From the IMG/VR virus record IMGVR_UViG_3300045988_182237, positions 76,042 to 108,041 of that record: a DNA stretch of 32,000 nt, one strand, 5' to 3'. The translations under genes were made by a program, and so were the position numbers. This DNA comes from a virus. Shown one piece after another: positions 1 through 9,261 of the stretch; positions within the stretch are counted from its first letter, which is position 1; each line of letters begins with the position of its first letter. The notes beneath the pieces are model-generated. The model was given only the letters and a program-made list of their open reading frames with translations. It was not told the origin of the DNA and searched no databases.

Positions 1-1025
1 TTTCTGTTTCCCTCAGAGTAAGGATTCTTCCAAAGAACTTTGCGCCCACTTTCAATGCGAGAGACAGTCTTCATGGGAATATCAGACCAGTATTTACTGT
101 AGTCAGCGCAGTTCTCCGCAAGAAATTCTTTCACCTCATCGCTGAGCTTGCGCGGTGCAATAGTCCATGCAGAAATGACCTTATTCTTAATCATTTCAAA
201 AGTAATCAGGTTGGAAACAGGATGTTGCACCTGCATTTCTTTTCCATTGGCTTCAATAACGAGCCGAATGTTTTTTGCTTTTGCAGTCGCAGCAAACAAA
301 CTACGGCACTCACTTTCCCAACAATGTGGCTTGGACTGGAACTCCAGCATCCTTGATTGGGTAAGACGTTGGACGGCAACGAATTTTTTCCCGATGCTTT
401 CGCTGAAAGGTGTGCCATCGCGAGAAGTGAGATTCTTATCGAGGACATTGACTACCCTTTCCGCCCATCCGGTAGGATTAGCAAAGAACTCGATGGTCGC
501 GGTGTCATCAATGTGCTCAAGAAATTTACGAAGGCTTTCTTCAAATGCGGTGTCTTTCTTTTGCAGGACATACTGTTTGACAGCGTTTTCATAAGCCTCG
601 TTCTGCAATTCGGGCGTGTTCAGATAGTCAGGGTCGAGAATTGTTTTCTGCTCCAGATAATCCCACAGCGTTTTCGTCATCTCACCCATTGCGGAATGGG
701 GACCAGTGTAAGCAGAGGTGACATCAAACAATCGCAGGAACTCATAGCTTTCAGCATAGGTCTTTTCGTGGTCCACAACATAAGCCATAAACTCAAGGTT
801 ATGCTGTTCATAAAAATGGTTTTTGCTCATGCTGGTGGGATAGTTACTGCACATTTGCCCAAATAATGCCTCGACACTATGCTCGCCATCGGAAAGGGGG
901 ACGCGGACAAAACGGTAGAAATTCGAGCCGTTGTACTTATCCAGAACGTTACCGTCCAGAACGGAAATAGCAGGATTAGAAAGAAAAGAACGGAACGCTT
1001 TTTCATCAATAGTTTCGAGATACAT
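1..1025 (-). CDS. hypothetical protein, partial at left window edge (not in supplied ORF track)
   Basis: Minus frame open from ATG at 1025 to the window edge (MYLETIDEKAFRSFLSNPAISVLDGNVLDKYNGSNFYRFVRV...); upstream aaggagag RBS; plus-strand ORFs here are antisense to it. Confidence 0.85.
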   Translation of the reverse strand, partial: MYLETIDEKAFRSFLSNPAISVLDGNVLDKYNGSNFYRFVRVPLSDGEHSVEALFGQMCSNYPTSMSKNHFYEQHNLEFMAYVVDHEKTYAESYEFLRLFDVTSAYTGPHSAMGEMTKTLWDYLEQKTILDPDYLNTPELQNEAYENAVKQYVLQKKDTAFEESLRKFLEHIDDTATIEFFANPTGWAERVVNVLDKNLTSRDGTPFSESIGKKFVAVQRLTQSRMLEFQSKPHCWESECRSLFAATAKAKNIRLVIEANGKEMQVQHPVSNLITFEMIKNKVISAWTIAPRKLSDEVKEFLAENCADYSKYWSDIPMKTVSRIESGRKVLWKNPYSEGNR

Positions 1026-1082
1026 AGTTTTACTCTCCTTATTTGTTATTTTTGGTTAGGTGGGGAAATTTACGGTATCAGT

Positions 1083-1568
1083 TCAAGCGTCGTACTCATC
1101 GAGCTGCTTTTCGGTGGCAGCGCCTTGGCGTTTCAGATAGTTGTCGGTTAGAGGTTCAACGTGAGTCAACGACCCATCCACCCAAAGCACGCGCTTCGAC
1201 TCGTCGTCCTCATTGCGAACGCCATCAGCGATAACAGCTAGAGGTTGGTCCGTCTCTGTTTCGTCATCGCCAGCGTACAGATAGCCTTTTACCATGTCGT
1301 TGGTTTCGTTCGGCAGCTCCAAACAGAACCAGAAACCTGCACGACCGGTATTGCTGTTTTTGCTGGTGAGCCAGATACCGGGATAAGAATCCTTCGTTTC
1401 CTGGCCGAGCATAAAGTTAGCACTGATGCCGTCTGCGTCAAGCTCAGTGGAAACAGAGAGAGCAGAAGGTTTGGTGGCGTAAGGCCAGAAAGATTCGATA
1501 ACTTTTTCAATCGGAATAGTTATCGGCACGGATTTGCCATCAATTTGGCCTGTGATTGTCATTTTCAT
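1083..1568 (-). CDS. hypothetical protein with YLYAGDDETETD motif
   Basis: 161 aa ORF, RBS aaaaggag upstream, preceded by cassette RNA; shares YLYAGDDxTETD with the 19121..20002 product. Confidence 0.8.
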   Translation of the reverse strand: MKMTITGQIDGKSVPITIPIEKVIESFWPYATKPSALSVSTELDADGISANFMLGQETKDSYPGIWLTSKNSNTGRAGFWFCLELPNETNDMVKGYLYAGDDETETDQPLAVIADGVRNEDDESKRVLWVDGSLTHVEPLTDNYLKRQGAATEKQLDEYDA

Positions 1569-1598
1569 AAAAACACACTCCTTTTGTTGTTATAACGC

Positions 1599-1702
1599 AA
1601 AAAAAAGCGGACCTCCCGATGTGGGAAGTCCGCTCTTCATGCGAAATTGTGAATTGTACGAAAGGCAAAACGCCCTTTCGATTGCTGGTATCTATCGTAC
1701 AA
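1599..1702 (-). ncRNA. cassette RNA copy 1 (5' stem-loop 1654..1702 plus terminator-like hairpin 1599..1634)
   Basis: Minus: TTGTACGATAGATACC...AAAGGGCGTTTTGCCTTTCGTACAA, then GCGGACTTCCCACATCGGGAGGTCCGCTTTTTTTT. Confidence 0.65.
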
Positions 1703-1707
1703 TTTCT

Positions 1708-1735
1708 ATGATATGCTGTTCGCAAGGCGCGTCAA
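1708..1735 (-). promoter_or_regulatory. promoter TTGACG-CGCCTTGCGAACAGCA-TATCAT
   Basis: -35 at 1730..1735, 16 bp spacer, -10 at 1708..1713; predicted start at the first base of the stem-loop. Confidence 0.7.
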
Positions 1736-1738
1736 GTT

Positions 1739-2416
1739 TCATTCGTCATCAATACCCATATAAAGATGGTAGGTGGCGTTTGCCGTCTGGCAAACCCAAT
1801 GGCTGTAGAACGAGTTACTCGGCTCAGACGTGACGATATCCTCATCCTCACGATAAATAGCCGCTTCGCACCAGGAGGGTCCATTGTGGCGTGGGATGCA
1901 GCGAACATCCATGTGCATACCATCGGCGAAGATAACGGATTCGAACTCAATCTCATCCTGCTCTTTGCCGTCATCGGTATACTGCTTGATTTCGTTCATT
2001 CGTTTCTGGCTGATGGTAAGGCACTTGACGAAAACCTTGCGGAAATTTGTGAGATTTTCGTATATCATGCACACTCGCATGATGGCGTTTGTCAAGGCAT
2101 CGACAGAACCAGGGTCGTTGCAAATCGCAGTCTTGTCGAAACAGCCAATGCCGTGCCCTGTCCAGAATCCGCCTTCATACAGGTGAACAGAAGCCGCATA
2201 GCAAAGACAACCATCAGGTTTGCAAAGCTGAATTTCGAGTGTGCAGCCATCGTATGTTTCATCGATTTTGCGCTTGTACACATCGAAACTGATGTTGTCA
2301 GGCACTTCCCCGCTGCCGTCCCAATGATAGGGATTGCAGCGAATAAGAAAGAGTTCTGCGATTCCTTTTGCATAAATTTTCGTCATACCGACCTTTTGTT
2401 TGAACATAGGAATCAT
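1739..2416 (-). CDS. hypothetical protein
   Basis: 225 aa ORF, RBS upstream. Confidence 0.8.
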   Translation of the reverse strand: MIPMFKQKVGMTKIYAKGIAELFLIRCNPYHWDGSGEVPDNISFDVYKRKIDETYDGCTLEIQLCKPDGCLCYAASVHLYEGGFWTGHGIGCFDKTAICNDPGSVDALTNAIMRVCMIYENLTNFRKVFVKCLTISQKRMNEIKQYTDDGKEQDEIEFESVIFADGMHMDVRCIPRHNGPSWCEAAIYREDEDIVTSEPSNSFYSHWVCQTANATYHLYMGIDDE

Positions 2417-3219
2417 AATCCTTCTCCCTTCTCTTCGTTTAGCAATTCGCGTGCATGGTCGAGGACTTCCTTTGCGACAGGCTTACCGCCTTCATTCATG
2501 GCAAGGAAAATTTCCAAGACTTCTGCGCGAGTTACGCTCTGGTCAATCTCAGCAACGCCAATGGAGGCATCCATAAACCAGTTCTTGTCCTGTGCGGAAA
2601 GGTCGTTGTAAAATACGCCTTTGTACGGGAATCGGTTCTCGTAAAAAGCAAGCAGGGTCAACATACGCTGCTTGCCATCAACGATTTCATAGTAGTTGCC
2701 ATCGTTGCTTGTGCGAGTGAATGGCAGCTGCTTAAAGACGAAACGACCAATCTCGCGACCCATAAAGATGCTGTCCAACAGCTTTTCCCTGTCCTCATCA
2801 TCCCAAACAGAACCACGCTGATAATCAGGGTTGAAATCAACGCCGAATAGGTATTGGAAGCTGAGTAAAGAATACATACTGCGGTTTGAGTAGTGCAGGC
2901 GGGACAGTGCAGAATTGCGCTTGGCAAAATGCGTATCTTTGTCATCATCCAGCGGGCGAACGTTTGTCCAAGCCCAGCAGGAATAGTTATCGCTGTTTGC
3001 ACCACTGCGGATAAGATACATGTACCCGCCTTCCAGAGCCTCGTCAACAACGCAGTTTAGAAGGTGACCAACCTGTACTTTGTCGCCGACCGTGAAGCGA
3101 TAAGAGGGTTTCCCTGCACGCTTGGCAGTTTCACAGGCTCTTTCATACGAAAGACCTTCGAGCGCAGCTTGTTTCAGGTTGATTTTTGTGATTTCTTTTC
3201 TTGCACTTTTCTTAGCCAT
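2413..3219 (-). CDS. DUF262 / ParB-like nuclease-fold domain protein
   Basis: NPDYQRGSVWDDEDREKLLDSIFMGREIG and EIVDGKQRMLTL match the DUF262 QRxxVW and DGxQR signatures. Confidence 0.75.
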   Translation of the reverse strand: MAKKSARKEITKINLKQAALEGLSYERACETAKRAGKPSYRFTVGDKVQVGHLLNCVVDEALEGGYMYLIRSGANSDNYSCWAWTNVRPLDDDKDTHFAKRNSALSRLHYSNRSMYSLLSFQYLFGVDFNPDYQRGSVWDDEDREKLLDSIFMGREIGRFVFKQLPFTRTSNDGNYYEIVDGKQRMLTLLAFYENRFPYKGVFYNDLSAQDKNWFMDASIGVAEIDQSVTRAEVLEIFLAMNEGGKPVAKEVLDHARELLNEEKGEGL

Positions 3220-3230
3220 TGCGATTCTCC

Positions 3231-3521
3231 TTAACCAATCCGATGGACTCCGAACAAAACAGCAGGAAGAAGCTGTTCATACGGGGTGTATTGGGCAAAA
3301 TCGTAGATTTGAGCCTCATCACTGATGATGTATCCGCCAGGGCAGGATTCGCCATCGTCATTGGAACTACCGTTGTCCTCAAGACCTCGGCTTTTGAGCT
3401 CGTTGAGGTAATCCTCACGCATAGCATCGTATGCTTCTCCGGGAGTGGAATACTGCTTTGGATTTACCTTTGTGAAAAGATGGCCCTCGTCATCGGTAAA
3501 AGTTTTTGTGATGATAAACAT
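3231..3521 (-). CDS. hypothetical protein
   Basis: 96 aa ORF with RBS aaaggag, after cassette copy 2. Confidence 0.75.
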   Translation of the reverse strand: MFIITKTFTDDEGHLFTKVNPKQYSTPGEAYDAMREDYLNELKSRGLEDNGSSNDDGESCPGGYIISDEAQIYDFAQYTPYEQLLPAVLFGVHRIG

Positions 3522-3550
3522 AATTTACACTCCTTTTTTTGTAAGTACGC

Positions 3551-3650
3551 AAAAAGGCGGACCTCCAGATATTGGAAGTCCGCCTTCAAGCGAAATGTGA
3601 ATTGTACGAAAGGCAAAGCACCTTTTCGATTGCTGGTATCTATCGTACAA
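3551..3650 (-). ncRNA. cassette RNA copy 2 (stem-loop 3602..3650, terminator-like 3551..3584)
   Basis: TTGTACGATAGATACCAGCAATCG...TCGTACAA, then GGCGGACTTCCAATATCTGGAGGTCCGCCTTTTT. Confidence 0.65.
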
Positions 3651-3655
3651 TTCTA

Positions 3656-3683
3656 ATTGTATGAGTCTCGCACGAATGTGCAA
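3656..3683 (-). promoter_or_regulatory. promoter TTGCAC-ATTCGTGCGAGACTCA-TACAAT
   Basis: 16 bp spacer with TGCGA at the same offset as other copies. Confidence 0.7.
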
Positions 3684-3689
3684 TGGTCT

Positions 3690-4076
3690 TTAGCCAAGCA
3701 TCGTCACATCACCATCAACGTACCAGATGTACTGCTTCCAGTTAGAAGCGGTCGCACCAGGGATGAGTTTCAGCGCAGAAGCTGGAGGCACGCGACTCGG
3801 CTCAAATGACATCTCGTAATGCTTTTCCAGGCCGTATTTCCGCAGAACGATACTCGGCATTACTCTGCCAAGCTCGTACCACTTGCGAGGCGGGATACGG
3901 CTGCAATGTTCGCGGTGAATTTCAGTGTATTCCTGCTGGAATTTGTGAATGGCCCGAAGCAGCTGACGCATCGGGCAGGTATTAAGGATGCCAGGGTCCT
4001 TGTAGCGGTATACTACAAGACGATATTTATCGTGTTCCTTGGTGGTCAGAACGACACCAAAATAGTTTTTTGCCAT
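3690..4076 (-). CDS. hypothetical protein
   Basis: 128 aa ORF, RBS aggaggat. Confidence 0.75.
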   Translation of the reverse strand: MAKNYFGVVLTTKEHDKYRLVVYRYKDPGILNTCPMRQLLRAIHKFQQEYTEIHREHCSRIPPRKWYELGRVMPSIVLRKYGLEKHYEMSFEPSRVPPASALKLIPGATASNWKQYIWYVDGDVTMLG

Positions 4077-4091
4077 GATATCCTCCTCGTT

Positions 4092-4661
4092 TTAGTAGTT
4101 AGTACCATACTCCAGGGCGTAATCCGGACGCTGATATTCGACGACCGGCTTTTCCCAAGAGCAGATGGGTTCAGTATTGGCGCTCGGAAAATGAGAGCTG
4201 ATTCCGTTGGTGGCAAGCAAAGCTGCCGTGCAATCCGCAATCTGTGCAAGAAGCTCAGGATTCCATCCAAAGGTGTCATCTCCGGTCAGCTGCTTGCACA
4301 GGACTTGTGCCGCTCGAAGAATTTCAGTGTCTTTGGATTCCTGCTGAATAGGTTTCGGTGCAGCAATTGTGACATTTCGTGCAATGACGTTTTTGGGCAA
4401 TGGCTCATCGACCCATTTTCCCTCGTAAATCTCACGGGCATAGAAACCGTCTTTGTCGAATTCGTCAAGGCGAACCCAATGGTCGGCTTCCCAGGTTCTT
4501 TGAGCGATTCCGTCTGGGCTAATAGTAACCATCACACGTTCATCGTGTGCGTTGTTTCCCCAATGGGTTTCAGAGTCATTGCCAAACTCCTGAATGAGAA
4601 GTTTCCTTGCGAGTTCTCCATCGGTCAGTGCAGCCAATTCTTTGATTCGTTTTGTGTTCAT
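4092..4661 (-). CDS. hypothetical protein
   Basis: 189 aa ORF after cassette copy 3, RBS aaaaggag. Confidence 0.8.
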   Translation of the reverse strand: MNTKRIKELAALTDGELARKLLIQEFGNDSETHWGNNAHDERVMVTISPDGIAQRTWEADHWVRLDEFDKDGFYAREIYEGKWVDEPLPKNVIARNVTIAAPKPIQQESKDTEILRAAQVLCKQLTGDDTFGWNPELLAQIADCTAALLATNGISSHFPSANTEPICSWEKPVVEYQRPDYALEYGTNY

Positions 4662-4684
4662 ATTTTTTCTCCTTTTTCTGTAAA

Positions 4685-4782
4685 CAAAAAAGGCAGGCCC
4701 ATCGTGGTGATGAGTCTGCCTAGTTGTATCAGTTTGTGAATTGTACGAGCGCTGAAATGCGCAGATGCTATCTATCGTACAT
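4685..4782 (-). ncRNA. cassette RNA copy 3 (stem-loop 4741..4782, terminator-like 4685..4720)
   Basis: TGTACGATAGATAGCATCTGCGCATTTCAGCGCTCGTACA; GGCAGACTCATCACCACGATGGGCCTGCCTTTTTT. Confidence 0.65.
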
Positions 4783-4787
4783 TCACA

Positions 4788-4815
4788 ATTTTACCGGCAT
4801 CGCAAGCAGCGTCAA
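4788..4815 (-). promoter_or_regulatory. promoter TTGACG-CTGCTTGCGATGCCGG-TAAAAT
   Basis: 16 bp spacer with TGCGA; -35 overlaps the stop codon of the upstream gene. Confidence 0.7.
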
Positions 4816-5360
4816 GCTGTAGCAGCGGCGTCAGCAGTTGCTTTTTTGGCTTCCGTGTATGCTTCGTAAGCCGCGTGATATTCACTCAGCTTAATCTGCG
4901 TAACGGTGTCTGGAACCTTGGTGCTGCGAGTTGCATATTCGCAGGAATAATATCCGTAGATATTTCCCTGCTCATCATCCCACAGCTCCGTAGTGATGCG
5001 GCCAGAACCGTTGAAGTCGGCCCACCAGAACTGGTTGGCAAGGAATTTCTTGCCGTTCACGTTCTTACAGACCTCATCTTCCCACAGGCAGTTCATGGGC
5101 GAACGTTGTTTGAAGATGACAAAACCGTGAGGGTCACGGCGTTTCATGACCTGAGATTCGTATTTGGCGAGCAGCTCTGGTGTCAATTCGACCGTCAACC
5201 GGTCATTCAAGACATACGAGAATTTCTCACCGGGAAAATATTTGTCGAAGAATCGCTTCGCAATTTCAACGAAGTGCGCTTTTTCCTCCTTTGTCGAAAA
5301 ATAATTCTTGTAGAATTCGGAACCGGGATTTACTTTGAATGCCATTTCAACCATTGCCAT
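4812..5360 (-). CDS. hypothetical protein
   Basis: 182 aa ORF with RBS. Confidence 0.8.
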   Translation of the reverse strand: MAMVEMAFKVNPGSEFYKNYFSTKEEKAHFVEIAKRFFDKYFPGEKFSYVLNDRLTVELTPELLAKYESQVMKRRDPHGFVIFKQRSPMNCLWEDEVCKNVNGKKFLANQFWWADFNGSGRITTELWDDEQGNIYGYYSCEYATRSTKVPDTVTQIKLSEYHAAYEAYTEAKKATADAAATA

Positions 5361-5848
5361 TACTCCTTTTCCATTTGGATAGTCCAGCCGTTTACATCGG
5401 AATAAACCGCATAGAGCAGCGTTGCGAAATTGTAGCCTCCGTCATACAGCGTATAGCGAAGGGAGATGTTCAGCGCAAGAGTCCGTTCCTTGACGATGCC
5501 CTCGCAATCGAGATAGCTGAACGTCTTTGTCGGATTGGTAAGCCATGCTTCACGTTCTTCATTGAACTTATCTTCATCGTATTCCACGATTTCCTTGAAA
5601 TACGAATCGAACGTGACGAGCTTGACTGACGAGAAGACATCAGCCATCATTCCGCACTTTTCAATCAGTTCATCAGGCCATTCGACCTTGATGATTGCTG
5701 CGCCGTTGTCTTTCAGCTCTTTGTGAGGGCTGAGCGAAACGTTATAGCGCTCACTGAGAAAGCCGAACAGCCAGGACCAATCGATAGTTTTCAGGAAACT
5801 GGCAGCTTCCTTGGCGTCCATGAAAATTTTGATTTCTTTACGTGCCAT
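5360..5848 (-). CDS. hypothetical protein
   Basis: Start moved to MARKEIKIFMD, which follows an aggagata RBS; longer track ORF starts upstream. Confidence 0.8.
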   Translation of the reverse strand: MARKEIKIFMDAKEAASFLKTIDWSWLFGFLSERYNVSLSPHKELKDNGAAIIKVEWPDELIEKCGMMADVFSSVKLVTFDSYFKEIVEYDEDKFNEEREAWLTNPTKTFSYLDCEGIVKERTLALNISLRYTLYDGGYNFATLLYAVYSDVNGWTIQMEKE

Positions 5849-5867
5849 GATATATCTCCTCACTATA

Positions 5868-6278
5868 TTATTCGGTGCCGAATTTAGCCCACGCTTCTTC
5901 GACACTCATGTGATAAACCGCCTTAAACTGTTCTTTGAAATACGCATTGAACAATTCCCGGTGGTGAGGGCTCATGATGATTTCGAGATTGAAGTCGGGG
6001 TCATCGGTGGAATTGTTGCAGTAGGAAATGTATGTACGAATGGTATCGTCCGGATGCCAGTCAATGTACATGTTAATCCAATCTGCATTTTCTTCTGAGT
6101 TCAAATCAAGGCCAAATGCTTTGTCTGCATCAAACCAGATAGGGACGTAGACGTTAATCCATCCGTCGTAGATGACTTCTTCATTGGCATCGAGCGTGAA
6201 TCGTATCAGTTCAGCAAAGTCCTGTACGGTAATAGTTTCCTGCGTGCAGAGACCATGAACCATTTCGTTGTGAGTCAT
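5868..6278 (-). CDS. hypothetical protein
   Basis: 136 aa ORF with RBS aaggagc. Confidence 0.8.
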   Translation of the reverse strand: MTHNEMVHGLCTQETITVQDFAELIRFTLDANEEVIYDGWINVYVPIWFDADKAFGLDLNSEENADWINMYIDWHPDDTIRTYISYCNNSTDDPDFNLEIIMSPHHRELFNAYFKEQFKAVYHMSVEEAWAKFGTE

Positions 6279-6293
6279 AAAATATGCTCCTTG

Positions 6294-7178
6294 TTATTTT
6301 TTGAAGGTGTCAAAGAATCGAATCATCTCGCGGTTCACACCGACTGCAGATTCAGTCTCAGGATAGAGCGCTGCAAAAGCATGGACCGTTTCTCTCTTGG
6401 AAACAAACCCGTAGTCGTGGTGAACGCGCTCGTTTTCGAGGCATTTCTTAAACCCAAAAGTCTGTTTCTTGAGAAAGTCCTTTTTCCCGGTGCAGATATA
6501 GCACGGGGGGATGAGTTTGGAATAGGTTTCAGGCTTGATGAACTCAGCATAACTGTGATTCTTCCAGCCCTTAGACATATAGTAGTTCTGAAGCAAACCT
6601 ACCTGGCCCTTGTAGATGTAATACATACCGCTCTGCAGGCCCATCGCGTTGATGACGAGCTTCTTGGCTGCCTCGGGTACGTTCTCTTCCAGTTCGTCCT
6701 CTACCGGCTGCATCTTGACAGGATAGCGGAGAATAGAGCTTGCCATGCAGGCAAGGAATGCGCCAGCGCTGTCGGCAACTACAAAGACCTGATTCAAGTC
6801 ACCAACGAAATCTTCAGCACGTTCAGCTACAGTAGCAAACGCATTGATGACATCAGTGATTTGGCCAAAGATGTTGGTTTCAGGGACCAGACGGTAATCC
6901 GGTACAAAGGTGAGATAGCCTTCCTTAGCGAGCCAGGTTGCCAGGTTCTGATTCTGTTCTTTCCGGCCAGCAATCAAGCCGCCGCCATGGATATTGATGA
7001 TAATCGGATGCTTTTCGGCATCGTTATCCGGGCGATAAACGTCCATGAAAAGATTCTGCTTGCCGCAAATACCAATCTCAGTGGCAGTTATGCCTTCATG
7101 AGGCATAACAGGCTGAGACTTGATAATTTCTTCTACATGGGTGCGTTCTTTCTTGGTGGCGGCATTGATGAAATTCAT
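6294..7178 (-). CDS. alpha/beta-hydrolase (carboxylesterase/lipase-like)
   Basis: IINIHGGGLIAG oxyanion motif and VVADSAGAF nucleophile-like context. Confidence 0.8.
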   Translation of the reverse strand: MNFINAATKKERTHVEEIIKSQPVMPHEGITATEIGICGKQNLFMDVYRPDNDAEKHPIIINIHGGGLIAGRKEQNQNLATWLAKEGYLTFVPDYRLVPETNIFGQITDVINAFATVAERAEDFVGDLNQVFVVADSAGAFLACMASSILRYPVKMQPVEDELEENVPEAAKKLVINAMGLQSGMYYIYKGQVGLLQNYYMSKGWKNHSYAEFIKPETYSKLIPPCYICTGKKDFLKKQTFGFKKCLENERVHHDYGFVSKRETVHAFAALYPETESAVGVNREMIRFFDTFKK

Positions 7179-7205
7179 GATAAAAACTTCCTTTCAAATT
7201 GATAA

Positions 7206-7250
7206 AAAAATAGCGGCCGCCAATCTATAAAAAAATGAGATTAGTGGCCG
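7206..7250 (-). terminator. intrinsic terminator
   Basis: Minus: AGCGGCCACTAATCTCAtttttttaTAGATTGGCGGCCGCTATTTTTTT. Confidence 0.6.
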
Positions 7251-7258
7251 CTTGGTTG

Positions 7259-7504
7259 TTACTGAAATTCAAATGTGTATTGGGTTCCTCTTTCGGTTTT
7301 GACAAAAATTCTGCTTCCTGCAAAGCCAATAGCTTTTACTGTGCTGGTACGCAGGACGTCTTGTTGTTTTGGTGTTGTTGTTTTGAATACGAGTGGCTGC
7401 CCACTTGACAGCTCAAGAGTTCCGACCCGTCCAATGAGCGGAAGAACTCTTGCGTTGAGACTCGTGGTGCTGTGAAGCACACAACTGCTGTTAATCCGCA
7501 TCAT
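7259..7504 (-). CDS. hypothetical protein
   Basis: 81 aa ORF, RBS aggagga. Confidence 0.65.
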   Translation of the reverse strand: MMRINSSCVLHSTTSLNARVLPLIGRVGTLELSSGQPLVFKTTTPKQQDVLRTSTVKAIGFAGSRIFVKTERGTQYTFEFQ

Positions 7505-7525
7505 TGTCCTCCTGATATGAACTGG

Positions 7526-7849
7526 TCAGATATCCACATCCGGGTACTGATTCAACACATGATTGAACCTGTTATCCAGATGTTCATCGTTTTCGTCCCG
7601 CTCGGGATAATCAAACTTTCCTTCCTCTTCTGCTGCATCCCCCAAACGTTCCATGAGTGCAATGACGCTTTCGAGCCAGGCGGAAGCCTTGCCAAACGTG
7701 TCATCCTCTTTTCTCTTGGCATAGAGCATGTCAGAAACTTCTTCGAGAGCCATTTTCTGCTGGTACAAAGTATTCCAGTTGATGTGCTCTACAGCGGAAC
7801 GCAGGGGAGTTAAGTGTTCTGTTTCTGTTACAGTGTTCGTTACGGTCAT
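7526..7849 (-). CDS. hypothetical protein
   Basis: 107 aa acidic ORF with RBS aaggag. Confidence 0.75.
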   Translation of the reverse strand: MTVTNTVTETEHLTPLRSAVEHINWNTLYQQKMALEEVSDMLYAKRKEDDTFGKASAWLESVIALMERLGDAAEEEGKFDYPERDENDEHLDNRFNHVLNQYPDVDI

Positions 7850-7913
7850 CTTTTTATTTCTCCTTGTAGTGTTTAGTTACGATAAACGTCAGCAAAGCAC
7901 CGCAAAATTCCAA

Positions 7914-8002
7914 CAAAAAAAGCAGACCTCCAAACGGATAGTCTGCTTCTCAGAATTGTGAAATTATAGCGTATGTGTGCTGTTATCTATCATACAATTT
8001 TT
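7914..8002 (-). ncRNA. cassette RNA copy 4, divergent 5' stem
   Basis: TTGTATGATAGATAACAGCACACATACGC..., then GCAGACTATCCGTTTGGAGGTCTGCTTTTTTT. Confidence 0.5.
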
Positions 8003-8030
8003 ATTGTATGCGTTTCGCACGAATACGCAA
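8003..8030 (-). promoter_or_regulatory. promoter TTGCGT-ATTCGTGCGAAACGCA-TACAAT
   Basis: 16 bp spacer with TGCGA. Confidence 0.7.
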
Positions 8031-8046
8031 TAACTATTTTTTAGAA

Positions 8047-9261
8047 TTAAGAATCGGAATTTTCCGAACTGTTGCTGTTATCATCGGAACTGGACTCAGC
8101 GTTTTCGTCCGCCGTGGAATTGTCACCAGATTCAGCGTCGGTGTTTTCTTCCGCGCTTGTATCCTGTTCGACAGTCGAATCACTGTTGACTGATGCGTAT
8201 GTACCAGTCAAGATGACGGGAACTTCACCATAACCCAGATAACCGCTAATCAGGCTGCCGGAATTTTCGACTAGGTACTTGGTTTCTGTCATGTTCGGGA
8301 ACAAGTAGATATCCTGAATCGTAGTGCCCTTCACATTAGCGCTGTCAAAGGTATCGTTGCACGCCGCAACAACACTATACCCGTCATAGTTCCAAACCAG
8401 ATAGAAGTTCTTGCCGCCAATTTCAACATCATAATCTGCATCTCGGAAATCTTCAAAGGTACGATACTGCTTGCTGGAATTGAAAGCGACAGAATCGTTG
8501 TTTGTCCAGTAGAGACCGGACGGATTGCCAAACAAACCATACAGGAAGTTGAACTGTTCCTCCGGCTCTCCGTCGGTCGGATAGCCTTCGAGTTTATCCG
8601 GGGTGACAGACGAATAATAGAGACCGTCAAGGAACGCATCACCAATATCGATACCGTCGTCATTGGCTGCACGACCGTCCAGCATCAAGGTCAGTGAGCC
8701 GCCGTTATATCCAATCGGATAATAGTCACAGCCGTCATCCTTGCTGGCAGTGTGAATGGAAAAATCACTGATTTCCTTTTCTACGCCTTCGCCTGTGGAT
8801 TCTGCATTGATTTCACCAATGACTGTATCACCGTTTTCAAGTTCGTTCAATTTCAGATATCCCTTTACAGGCAAATCCCGTACATCCTGTAATGCAACGT
8901 CCGTGATATCCAGTGTCTTGCCGGTATCAACGCTGCGCAGCGAATAGAACTTGCTGCCGTCATCGTAAGACAAAGGACTCTGCCCCATCGGAATACCGTC
9001 CGGCCAGGTAGTGTCAGGATTGTCCAGCGTGCCGGGCGTGAAATCCGGGAGATTCGACAACAAAGACCAGGCATTGATGGGTTCCGGGGTCGGTTCTGCT
9101 GTCGGTTCCGGCGTTGCTGTGACGGCAGCCTGTGCTGCTTCGGCGCTTGCCGCTGCGGCCGCCTGGTCTTTCCGTTCCTGAACCACAGCTGTGGCGCAGC
9201 CGGAAAGTGTCACGGCGAGTGCCATGGCAGCTGCGGTGATATTGATAATCTTTTTACTCAT
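8047..9261 (-). CDS. predicted lipoprotein with Pro/Thr-rich and Ser/Asn/Glu/Asp-rich linkers
   Basis: Signal peptide and lipobox MSKKIINITAAAMALAVTLSGCATA; RBS aaggagg. Confidence 0.8.
   Translation of the reverse strand: MSKKIINITAAAMALAVTLSGCATAVVQERKDQAAAAASAEAAQAAVTATPEPTAEPTPEPINAWSLLSNLPDFTPGTLDNPDTTWPDGIPMGQSPLSYDDGSKFYSLRSVDTGKTLDITDVALQDVRDLPVKGYLKLNELENGDTVIGEINAESTGEGVEKEISDFSIHTASKDDGCDYYPIGYNGGSLTLMLDGRAANDDGIDIGDAFLDGLYYSSVTPDKLEGYPTDGEPEEQFNFLYGLFGNPSGLYWTNNDSVAFNSSKQYRTFEDFRDADYDVEIGGKNFYLVWNYDGYSVVAACNDTFDSANVKGTTIQDIYLFPNMTETKYLVENSGSLISGYLGYGEVPVILTGTYASVNSDSTVEQDTSAEENTDAESGDNSTADENAESSSDDNSNSSENSDS

Noticed and set aside
148-1151. Overlapping plus-strand ORFs at the left end
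   Set aside because: The minus frame is open from 1025 to the edge with RBS, and explains the region.
2425-2460. AGCAATTCGCGTGCATGG resembling the promoter family
   Set aside because: Has GCGCGAA-like context but no acceptable -35/-10 pair, and lies inside a CDS.
3819-4739. 306-aa plus-strand ORF
   Set aside because: Antisense to two minus genes with RBSs and crosses a cassette RNA.
6255-7202. 315-aa plus-strand ORF
   Set aside because: Antisense to the alpha/beta-hydrolase gene.
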